The notes under the pieces were generated by a model that was given only the letters and a program-made list of their open reading frames with translations, was not told the DNA's origin and searched no databases. DNA of 64,000 nucleotides, from NCBI GenBank assembly GCA_964016885.1, contig OZ024740.1:558001-622000 (forward strand), written 5' to 3'. This document shows positions 10,808-22,200 of this stretch, in pieces (within the stretch, counting starts at the first letter, position 1; every line of letters starts with the position of its first letter). The position numbers and the translations under genes were made by a program. The DNA is from Eledone cirrhosa. Taxonomy: Eukaryota.

Positions 10808-11304
10808 TATATATAGAGTAATGTAAATGTTATGTGAGGTAAAGACTTTACTGTGAAAATACAATAGTATATATAGAGTAATGTAAATGCTAAAGGGTTA
10901 AACTTCTGCCCTTATTCTCAAGAATTCTACTCCCGGTGAAGGAACTGTAATTCTTCCAATATTAGTTATTCCAATGTCTTGGAATGATTAAGTAAAACCA
11001 ACTTATTTCAGCCAGTCTAACTTATATCCCCACCAAATTGAGATTTTGGCTTAGGTTAAATATATAATACATATATAAATACAGTCTTTACTTCTGATGA
11101 AATCCTCAGAATACTAGAGAACTAACATATGGCAATGGTATAGATACAGCATAGAATCAAAACAATAACATCAATCATCATCATCATCATTTTACGTCCA
11201 TTTTTCCCTGCTTGGGTTGTTCTGACGACTATAATACACAAACTATGTATGGTAAAACATGGTTATACACCTTTATAGAAATAGTGTATATATATATATG
11301 TATA

Positions 11305-11641
11305 TCATTATCATCATCATTTTACGTCCGCTTTTCCCTGCTTGCAAGGGTGGGACGGGAACTGATCTTGGCTTGATTTCTACAGCTGGATGCCCTTCCT
11401 AACACCAACCTCATTTACAGTGAGTGCTGGGTGCTTTTTTGCCGTGGCACCTCCACGACCACTTTGCAGTGGAATGATATGGACCCCAGTCCTATCATCT
11501 CATTTCTACAGCTGAGTAAACTGGAGCAATGTGAAATAAAGTGTCTTGCTCAAAGAAACAACACATCACCCGGTCTGAGAATTGAACTCACAACCTTTCG
11601 ATTGCAAGCCCAATGCTCTAACCACTAAGCCGTGTGCCTCC
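11305..11641 (-). mobile_element. SINE family A. Further copies 42225-42562(-), 50785-51110(+), 59310-59642(+), partial 51290-51420(-)
   Basis: Same A/B boxes, core and tail. Confidence 0.9.
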
Positions 11642-11869
11642 ATATATATATATAATGATAAAGAGGTAAAGAAGTTACAGATGTAAAAAGAAGAAAATAT
11701 ATATATATATATCCAAACCCATGCAAGCGTGGAACACGGACGTTAAACGATGATGATGATGATGATATATATATATATATATATGCAAAAGTTCTATTTA
11801 AATTGTTGGGATACAACAAGCAAATATTTTTATAACTGATATAAAGCACTCGACAAGTATTTGGAGTAA

Positions 11870-12101
11870 ATATACGATATTAACAAATGGAAACTATATT
11901 TATAAAACCATATCTATTTATTGTCTTCCAAAAGTAACGGTAGCATTTTGAAAGGGTATGTCAATATTTATTCATAAAACTGGTATATATTGTATTTTGT
12001 CTGATGAAAGCATACCATAATTTAACATGGTATCCTTGAAATATGTATAATAAATAGATATGGTCTAATATATATAGTTTCCATTTGTTAATATCGTATA
12101 T
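11870..12101 (+). mobile_element. foldback element with degenerate hammerhead core (Penelope-like fragment)
   Basis: ~52-bp inverted arms; CTGATGA (12001)-stem-GAAA (12038)-TATGTA, then AATAAA, ending in (TA)n. Confidence 0.6.
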
Positions 12102-12103
12102 AT

Positions 12104-12300
12104 ATAGGAACAAGTAGGACCCCGACGGCTGAGCTGAAGCCGTTTCGACGGCTAGTTCTGAACTAGTCCAGAACTAGCTGTCGAAACGGCTTGAGCTCAG
12201 CCGTCGGGGTCCTACTCGTTCCTATTACCCACTCTACTACCCTAAGTATTGAATACTTTGGTGCGTTATGGTTCACCTGGTTCCTTACCACATTTCCTTC
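12104..12300 (+). repeat. ~120-bp near-perfect GC-rich palindrome plus tail shared with 31572-31670
   Basis: GGAAC(A/G)AGTAGGACCCCGACGGCTGAGCT...AGCTCAGCCGTCGGGGTCCTACTCGTTCC; tail TATTACCC..TCTACTAC..AAGTAT..TACTTTGGTG. Confidence 0.8.
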
Positions 12301-12304
12301 GTTA

Positions 12305-12675
12305 TATCATCATCATCATCATCATCATCGGGTTTAGCGTCCGTGTTCCACGCTTGCATGGGTTTGGACGGGGGTTTTCCCACTTGAGGCAAGAGTGGTT
12401 GTCTTGCTCGCATAGGACTGTCTGGCGGGTTTTCTACAGCTGGATGCCCTTCCTAACACCAACCACATTTACAGTGTGGGGCTGGGAGGTTTTTACCGTG
12501 TTGCCTACACGGCCACATTTACAGCGTGGACTGTGTGTTTTTTTGTCGTGACACCTACACGATCTCATTTGTTTCGGCCTGGATGTTGTGGGACCAACAT
12601 AACTTTACATTGAAGGGGGCGGTGTGGATGGGGTGGAGGTGGTGGGACGGGGGTGTGTTTTGATAGAGATGCCTA
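12305..12675 (-). mobile_element. RTE LINE 3'UTR fragment
   Basis: Reverse-complement match to 29920-30276; (ATC)n tail. Confidence 0.92.
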
Positions 12676-12904
12676 CTGATATATATACTCATCACTAGAA
12701 CATTTGTTAAAACAGCTAAATTCTGTCAAAGACAGCGATGGGGAAAAGTGCTCAGAGGACAGAGACCAGCAATCAGTGGTCAACAGAGAGACAATCCACA
12801 ATGTGGGTGATGGGCAGATGAAATATAGAAAAGATTGAAAGAAGAGGAGGACAAGAAGTATGTTGGTCACATAGAAGTGACCAGAAGAAGAAATAAAGAA
12901 AGGT

Positions 12905-13566
12905 TTTGTACAAGCGCATACCCTCCATCAGACACCTACCATACTCTGAACGCCTTGCTTCCCTGGGCATGAATTCATTGAAGCTCCGACGTCTGGCAAT
13001 GGACTTGGTGAATACCCACAAAGTTATTAACCATCTCGCCAATTGCAACCCTGAGCACCTTTTTGATCTCCATGTGTCTAACACACGTGGACATGCCTAC
13101 AAAATCAGAAAACAGCACAGCTCCCATGACTTTCGTAGACATTTTTTCACGCTCAGAGTTGCTGAAGCATGGAACAAACTGCCTGTGTCAGTTGTGAGCT
13201 GCCGAGACACTGCATCCTTTAAGACACTCATGCTTCCCGAAATACGCCAAAACTACACCTGATGTACCCCTTCCATACGCATGCACACGTGTGTATCATG
13301 ACTCGTGTACTGTTCATTTTACTGATGTTTGTGCATTGCCCTATGTACTGTACATGCACTTTTTGATGAGTTGTGGTGCACCTGGGCACTGTACACAATA
13401 TTTCATTATTATTATTGTTATTATTATTATATCATGACTCATACACTGTTCATTTTCCTGACATTTGTACATTATTCTATGTACTATACATGCACCTTTG
13501 ATGAGTTGTAGTGCACCTGAGCACTGTACACAATAATTTCATTATTATTATTATTATTATTATTAT
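12905..13566 (+). mobile_element. CR1-clade LINE 3' end with tandemly duplicated 3'UTR
   Basis: YSERL..L..LRR..DL, TRGH, RRHFFTLRVAEAWNKLP; 3'UTR segment present twice (~13295-13430, 13431-13566), each ending (ATT)n. Confidence 0.9.
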
Positions 13567-14689
13567 TTAAGACAAGTTCACACATCTTCACCCTCATCAG
13601 TTCTCAATTAAATTGTGCAAAACCATTTTGTGTTTTTTCTCTTCAGTTTTGTTTCAATTTCTTGCCAAATGTCTTCCCAACACATAAGGCAGAGAAACTG
13701 CCACTAAAATAAACACACCAGATTGTTCACATCACACACTTTACACAGTTACAAGAGTATCATTTGCTTTATACATACATGTGTACATTATCTGTTTAAA
13801 ATCATAGTTACAGAATAATAATCAATCATATAAGAGTGCTCAATTATTTACAACTTACATAATTGTGGAATATAATCAAATCAAAGTTATATAAAAAAAC
13901 AATTACAAAGAGAATTATCGTTTTTACAGCAATAGTGCTGTCTCAATAAGTGTGCTGTATCAGTTAAAACAATTTTTTACACTTCTTGCAGTAATAGTAA
14001 GCTAGGGATCATTTTAAAATAATTTACTATTCTTTTTTTTATCATTCCTAGTACTACAATCACTGGTATTGTGATCACCTTGAGATACTACTTAATCAGC
14101 ATTGCTATTATTATTATTATGGATTGGCAGTATCGGTAGAGCATCAGACAATATAATTTGTGGCATAGTTACGTTCTTTTACGTTATGAGTTCAAATTTG
14201 CAAAGGTTAGCTTTGCCTTTCATCCTTACGGGATCGATAAAGTAAAGCACCAGTAACACACTGGGGTCGATTTAATCAACTTTCCCCTTGCCCAAAATTG
14301 CTGACCTTGTGCCTAAATCAGAAATCATCACTATTATTATTGACCTTTAATTGATAGAAATCTTACACCACAACACCTTCAGTTATTAAAACTTAAAGTC
14401 AGAATTTATTTACCAAACAGTCCTATTTTAATTTCATTTATTTAGTCATTCCATTGGCTTCAAAATAGCACTGGTATCTGAGGCATGTTTCCAAAAACTT
14501 AATTGAAAAGTAATTTTGGTGCACACCGGAGGAAAACTGAAACTGAATTTGACATTTTAAAACATTTCCTTCATTACCATTTTAATATTGAATTTCAACC
14601 TTTTTCTTATTTAAAACATTAAGTGAAAATTTTACACATCAATTAAGAATTGGTGAGGCTGTTCTTGTGAAGTCTAGTAATAAAATATT

Positions 14690-15220
14690 ACTAATGAAAA
14701 TTATTGTTTACTGTGCTCAGGTGCACTACAACTCATCAAAGGTGCATGTATAGTACATAGAATAATGTACAAATGACAGGAAAGTGAACTGTGTATGAAT
14801 CATGATATACACACAGACACACAGATACATGCGTGCGTGTGTATGAAGGGGGAATATCGGGGAATATCAGGTTTAGTGTTGGCAAATTTTGGGAATCATG
14901 GAATTTTTGAAGGATGCAGTGTCCCGACAGCTAACAACTGATGAAGGTAGTTTGTTCCATACTTCAGCAATTCTGAGTGTGAGAAAATGTTTCCGAAAGT
15001 CATGGGAGCTGTACTGTTTTCTAATTTTGTAAGCATGTCCACATGTGTTAGACACATGGACTTCAAAAAGGTGCTCAGGGTTGTTATTGGAAAGATAATT
15101 AATAATCATATGAGTGTCTACCAAGTCAGTTGCCAGACATCGGAGCTTTAATGTATCCATACCCAGGGAAGCATGTCCACGGGTGTTAGATATATGGAAT
15201 TTAAAAAGGTGCTCATGTTT
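14690..15220 (-). mobile_element. CR1-clade LINE 3' end
   Basis: ORF 14873..15160 homologous to 12906..13262; same 3'UTR. Confidence 0.9.
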
Positions 15221-15784
15221 TCCGTCTTCCTCAATACTCTGTGATGACTGATGACAATTTCTTGCCCTTTCTATTGGAGAAACCTAGTGACACCATGCAG
15301 TGTATTGATTTTGTTATATTTAGTCAGTTCATAAGAGGTTACTCATATCATAGTTTGCTTCTAATGACATTTTTTACATGAACTTAACAGTTTATTGAAC
15401 TGTCAATAACTAGTTGCTTGGCAACAGCAGAATCACATGATTCATTCTACTTAATTAACTGCTGGTACTTGTGATAGACTACTGTGGCATAGGACTCCTG
15501 ATCTGATAGTTATGGGAGGGGAGATGGCATTTAGTGCTTCATTGAAGAGACAACATATGTCTCTAAACCATTCTGCATGGGTTTTATATATCAAGTGTCA
15601 ATCCATATTGAACTTTACATATCCCTCTCTCTCTCTCCTCTCTCTCCCCCCCTCTCTCTCTCTCTCCTCTCTCTCTCCCCTCCCTCCTGATGACTCAGTA
15701 ATGGTGGGGAGAAATCACACATTAACATGGAGACTGTAATCCAAAGTGAAGTTAACATACCCATGTCTTTCCCAAGGGCATGAC

Positions 15785-16150
15785 TGGTGGTTGTGGTGGT
15801 GGTGATGGTGGTGGTACTGGTGGTGGTGGTGATAATTGTAGTGGTGGTGGTGGTGATAGTGATGGTTGGAGTGGTGATAGCGATGGTTGTAGTAGTAGTG
15901 GCGGTGGTGATAGTGATGGTTGTAGTAGTAGTGGTGGTGGTGATAGTAATGGTGGTAGTAGTGGTGGTGGTGGTTGTAGTAGTTGTGGCGATAGTGATGG
16001 TTGTAGTAGTAATAGTAGTGGTGATGGAGATAGTTGTAATAATGGTGGTGGTGGTTCTTGTAGTGGTGGGGGTGGTATTGGTGGTAATGGTAACAGTGTT
16101 GGTAGTGGTGTTGGTGTTAGTAGTGATGATCATGGTGGTAATGGTATCAT
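15785..16150. repeat. (GGT/AGT/GAT)n microsatellite
   Basis: Direct inspection. Confidence 0.95.
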
Positions 16151-16228
16151 TAGTGATAGGGGTTTCAGCAGTGGAAATTCCAAAAGTAGTGTTTTATCTA
16201 AATATTTCACTAAGAGGTGGGGAGGCAA

Positions 16229-19200
16229 ATTCTAGACCCCTGGGTAGGTAGTATATCTCAACAGAGGTAGATTCTACACCCCTGTCTAGGTAGTATATCT
16301 CAACAGTGGTAGAGTCTACACCCCTGTCTAGGTAGTATATCTCAACAGTGGTAGAGTCTAGACCCCTGGGTAGGTAGTATATCTCAACAGTGGTAGATTC
16401 TACACCCCTGTCTAGGTAGTATATCTCAACAGTGGTAGATTCTAGACCCCTGGGTAGGTAGTATATCTCAACAGTGGTAGAGTCTACACCCCTGTCTAGG
16501 TAGTGTATCTCAACAGTGGTAGAGTCTAGACCCCTGGGTAGGTAGCATATCTCAACAGTGGTAGATTCTACACCCCTGTCTAGGTAGTATATCTCAACAG
16601 TGGTAGATTCTACACCCCTGTCTAGGTAGTATATCTCAACAGTGGTAGATTCTACACCCCTGGGTAGGTAGTATATCTCAACAGTGGTAGAGTCTACACC
16701 CCTGTCTAGGTAGTATATCTCAACAGTGGTAGAGTCTAGACCCCTGGGTAGGTAGTATATCTCAACAGTGGTAGATTCTACACCCCTGTCTAGGTAGTAT
16801 ATCTCAACAGTGGTAGATTCTACACCCCTGTCTAGGTAGTATATCTCAACAGTGGTAGAGTCTAGACCCCTGGGTAGGTAGTATATCTCAACAGTGGTAG
16901 ATTCTAGACCCCTGGGTAGGTAGTATATCTCAACAGTGGTAGAGTCTACACCCCTGTCTAGGTAGTATATCTCAACAGTGGTAGAGTCTACACCCCTGTC
17001 TAGGTAGTATATCTCAACAGTGGTAGAGTCTACACCCCAGTCTAGGTAGTATATCTCAACAGTGGTAGAGTCTAGACCCCTGGGTAGGTAGTATATCTCA
17101 ACAGTGGTAGAGTCTAGACCCCTGTCTAGGTAGTATATCTCAACAGTGGTAGATTGTAGACCCCTGGGTAGGTAGTATATCTCAACAGTGGTAGATTCTA
17201 CACCCCTGGGTAGGTAGTATATCTCAACAGTGGTAGAGTCTACACCCCTGTCTAGGTAGTATATCTCAACAGTGGTAGAGTCTAGACCCCTGTCTAGGTA
17301 GTATATCTCAACAGTGGTAGAGTCTAGACCCCTGGGTAGGTAGTATATCTCAACAGTGGTAGATTCTAGACCCCTGGGTAGGTAGTATATCTCAACAGTG
17401 GTAGATTCTACACCCCTGTCTAGGTAGTATATCTCAACAGTGGTAGAGTCTACACCCCTGTCTAGGTAGTATATCTCAACAGTGGTAGATTCTACACCCC
17501 TGTCTAGGTAGTATATCTCAACAGTGGTAGAGTCTACACCCCTGTCTAGGTAGTATATCTCAACAGTGGTAGAGTCTACACCCCTGTCTAGGTAGTATAT
17601 CTCAACAGTGGTAGATTCTACACCCCTGTCTAGGTAGTATATCTCAACAGTGGTAGAGTCTACACCCCTGTCTAGGTAGTATATCTCAACAGTGGTAGAG
17701 TCTACACCCCTGTCTAGGTAGTATATCTCAACAGTGGTAGAGTCTACACCCCTGGGTAGGTAGTATATCTCAACAGTGGTAGAGTCTAGACCCCTGTCTA
17801 GGTAGTATATCTCAACAGTGGTAGATTGTAGACCCCTGGGTAGGTAGTATATCTCAACAGTGGTAGATTCTACACCCCTGGGTAGGTAGTATATCTCAAC
17901 AGTGGTAGAGTCTAGACCCCTGTCTAGGTAGTATATCTCAACAGTGGTAGAGTCTAGACCCCTGGGTAAGTAGTATATCTCAACAGTGGTAGAGTCTACA
18001 CCCCTGTCTAGGTAGTATATCTCAACAGTGGTAGATTCTACACCCCTGGGTAGGTAGTATATCTCAACAGTGGTAGAGTCTAGACCCCTGTCTAGGTAGT
18101 ATATCTCAACAGTGGTAGATTGTAGACCCCTGGGTAGGTAGTATATCTCAACAGTGGTAGATTCTACACCCCTGGGTAGGTAGTATATCTCAACAGTGGT
18201 AGAGTCTAGACCCCTGTCTAGGTAGTATATCTCAACAGTGGTAGATTCTACACCCCTGGGTAGGTAGTATATCTCAACAGTGGTAGAGTATAGACCCCTG
18301 TCTAGGTAGTATATCTCAACAGTGGTAGATTCTACACCCCTGGGTAGGTAGTATATCTCAACAGTGGTAGAGTCTAGACCCCTGTCTAGGTAGTATATCT
18401 CAACAGTGGTAGATTCTACACCCCTGGGTAGGTAGTATATCTCAACAGTGGTAGAGTCTAGACCCCTGTCTAGGTAGTATATCTCAACAGTGGTAGAGTC
18501 TATACCCCTGGGTAGGTAGTATATCTCAACAGTGGTAGATTCTAGACCCCTGGGTAGGTAGTATATCTCAACAGTGGTAGAGTCTAGACCCCTGGGTAGG
18601 TAGTATATCTCAACAGTGGTAGAGTCTAGACCCCTGTCTAGGTAGTATATCTCAACAGTGGTAGATTCTACACCCCTGGGTAGGTAGTATATCTCAACAG
18701 TGGTAGATTCTAGACCCCTGGATAGGTAGTATATCTCAACAGTGGTAGAGTCTACACCCCTGTCTAGGTAGTATATCTCAACAGTGGTAGATTCTACACC
18801 CCTGGGTAGGTAGTATATCTCAACAGTGGTAGAGTCTAGACCCCTGTCTAGGTAGTATATCTCAACAGTGGTAGAGTCTAGACCCCTGGGTAGGTAGTAT
18901 ATCTCAACAGTGGTAGTCTAGACCCCTGGGTAGGTAGTATATCTCAACAGTGGTAGATTCTACACCCCTGGGTAGGTAGTATATCTCAACAGTGGTAGAT
19001 TGTAGACCCCTGGGTAGGTAGTATATCTCAACAGTGGTAGATTCTACACCCCTGTCTAGGTAGTATATCTCAACAGTGGTAGAGTCTAGACCCCTGGGTA
19101 GGTAGTATATCTCAACAGTGGTAGAGTCTCGACCCCTGAGTAGGTAGTATATCTCAACAGTGGTAGAGTCTACACCCCTGTCTAGGTAGTATATCTCAAC

Positions 19201-22200
19201 AGTGGTAGATTCTACACCCCTGGGTAGGTAGTATATCTCAACAGTGGTAGAGTCTAGACCCCTGGGTAGGTAGTATATCTCAACAGTGGTAGATTCTACA
19301 CCCCTGTCTTGGTAGTATATCTCAACAGTGGTAGAGTCTAGACCCCTGGGTAGGTAGTATATCTCAACAGTGGTAGATTCTACACCCCTGTCTTGGTAGT
19401 ATATCTCAACAGTGGTAGAGTCTAGACCCCTGGGTATGTAGTATATCTCAACAGAGGTAGATTCTACACCCCTGTCTTGGTAGTATATCTCAACAATGGT
19501 AGAGTCTAGACCCCTGGGTAGGTAGTATATCTCAACAGTGGTAGATTCTACACCCCTGGGTAGGTAGTATATCTCAACAGTGGTAGATTCTACACCCCTG
19601 TCTAGGTAGTATATCTCAACAGTGGTAGATTCTAGACCCCTGTCTAGGTAGTATATCTCAACAGTGGTAGAGTCTATACCCCTGGGTAGGTAGTATATCT
19701 CAACAGTGGTAGATTCTAGACCCCTGGGTAGGTAGTATATCTCAACAGTGGTAGATTCTACACCCCTGTCTAGGTAGTATATCTCAACAGTGGTAGAGTC
19801 TACACCCCTGGGTAGGTAGTATATCTCAACAGTGGTAGATTCTACACCCCTGGGTAGGTAGTATATCTCAACAGTGGTAGATTCTAGACCCCTGTCTAGG
19901 TAGTATATCTCAACAGTGGTAGATTCTACACCCCTGTCTAGGTAGTATATCTCAACAGTGGTAGAGTCTACACCCCTGGGTAGGTAGTATATCTCATTAG
20001 TGGTAGAGTCTACACCCCTGTCTAGGTAGCATATCTCAACAGTGGTAGATTCTACACCCCTGTCTAGGTAGTATATCTCAACAGTGGTAGATTCTAGACC
20101 CCTGGGTAGGTAGTATATCTCAACAGTGGTAGAGTCTAGACCCCTGGGTAGGTAGTATATGTCAACAGTGGTAGAGTCTACACCCCTGTCTAGGTAGTAT
20201 ATCTCAACAGTGGTAGATTCTACACCCCTGTCTAGGTAGTATATCTCAACAGTGGTAGAGTCTACACCCCTGGGTAGGTAGTATATCTCATTAGTGGTAG
20301 AGTCTACACCCCTGTCTAGGTAGTATATCTCAACAGTGGTAGATTCTACACCCCTGTCTAGGTAGTATATCTCAACAGTGGTAGATTCTAGACCCCTGGG
20401 TAGGTAGTATATCTCAACAGTGGTAGAGTCTAGACCCCTGGGTAGGTAGTATATCTCAACAGTGGTAGAGTCTACACCCCTGTCTAGGTAGTATATCTCA
20501 ACAGTGGTAGATTCTAGACCCCTGGGTAGGTAGTATATCTCAACAGTGGTAGATTCTACACCCCTGTCTAGGTAGTATATCTCAACAGTGGTAGATCCTA
20601 GACCCCTGGGTAGGTAGTATATCTCAACAGTGGTAGAGTCTACACCCCTGTCTAGGTAGTATATCTCAACAGTGGTAGAGTCTAGACGCCTGGGTAGGTA
20701 GTATATCTCAACAGTGGTAGAGTCTAGACCCCTGGGTAGGTAGTATATCTCAACAGTGGTAGAGTCTAGACCCCTGGGTAGGTAGTATATCTCAACAGTG
20801 GTAGAGTCTAGACCCCTGGGTAGGTAGTATATCTCAACAGTGGTAGAGTCTAGACCCCTGTCTAGGTATTATATCTCAACAGTGGTAGATTCTAGACCCC
20901 TGGGTAGGTAGTATATCTCAACAGTGGTAGAGTCTAGACCCCTGGGTAGGTAGTATATCTCAACAGTGGTAGAGTCTAGACCCCTGTCTAGGTATTATAT
21001 CTCAACAGTGGTAGATTGTAGACCCCTGGGTAGGTAGTATATCTCAACAGTGGTAGATTCTACACCCCTGGGTAGGTAGTATATCTCAACAGAGGTAGAT
21101 TCTACACCCCTGTCTAGGTAGTATATCTCAACAGTGGTAGATTCTAGACCCCTGGGTAGGTAGTATATCTCAACAGTGGTAGATTCTAGACCCCTGGGTA
21201 GGTAGTATATCTCAACAGAGGTAGATTCTACACCCCTGTCTAGGTAGTATATCTCAACAGTGGTAGAGTCTAGACCCCTGGGTAGGTAGTATATCTCAAC
21301 AGTGGTAGATTCTAGACCCCTGTCTAGGTAGTATATCTCAACAGTGGTAGAGTCTACACCCCTGGGTAGGTAGTATATCTCAACAGTGGTAGAGTCTACA
21401 CCCCTGTCTAGGTAGTATATCTCAACAGTGGTAGATTCTACACCCCTGTCTAGGTAGTATATCTCAACAGTGGTAGAGTCTAGACCCCTGGGTAGGTAGT
21501 ATATCTCAACAGTGGTAGATTCTACACCCCTGTCTAGGTAGTATATCTCAACAGTGGTAGATTCTACACCCCTGTCTAGGTAGCATATCTCAACAGTGGT
21601 AGATTCTACACCCCTGGGTTGGTAGTATATCTCAACAGTGGTAGAGTCTACACCCCTGTCTAGGTAGTATATCTCAACAGTGGTAGAGTCTAGACCCCTG
21701 TCTAGGTAGTATACCTCAACAGTGGTAGAGTCTAGACCCCTGGGTAGGTAGTATATCTCAACAGTGGTAGATTCTACACCCCTGGGTAGGTAGTATATCT
21801 CAACAGTGGTAGATTCTACACCCCTGGGTAGGTAGTATATCTCAACAGTGGTAGAGTCTACACCCCTGTCTAGGTAGTATATCTCAACAGTGGTAGAGTC
21901 TACACCCCTGTCTAGGTAGTATATCTCAACAGTGGTAGAGTCTACACCCCTGTCTAGGTAGTATATCTCAACAGTGGTAGATTCTAGACCCCTGGGTAGG
22001 TAGTATATCTCAACAGTGGTAGATTCTAGACCCCTGGGTAGGTAGTATATCTCAACAGTGGTAGATTCTAGACCCCTGGGTAGGTAGTATATCTCAACAG
22101 TGGTAGAGTCTAGACCCCTGTCTAGGTAGTATATCTCAACAGTGGTAGATTCTACACCTCTGTTTAGGTAGTATATCTCAACAGTGGTAGATTCTAGACC

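Larger units (their letters stand above)
9465..10890. repeat. tandem 61-72 bp copies of the MITE 3' subterminal segment, interrupted by a SINE and a mariner
   Basis: ATGTGAGGTAAAGACTTTACTGTGAAAATACAATAGTATATATAGAGTAATGTAAATG repeated ~6 times. Confidence 0.88.
3647..10897. mobile_element. piggyBac-type MITE expanded to 7.2 kb by nested insertions and internal tandem duplication
   Basis: TTAA|CCCTTTAGCATT at 3643-3658 and AATGCTAAAGGG|TTAA at 10886-10901; empty ~220-bp copies elsewhere in window. Confidence 0.85.

Noticed and set aside
11094-11130. CTGATGA hammerhead candidate (also CTGACGA at 36301)
   Set aside because: No GAAA closing a stem II and no stem I/III pairing
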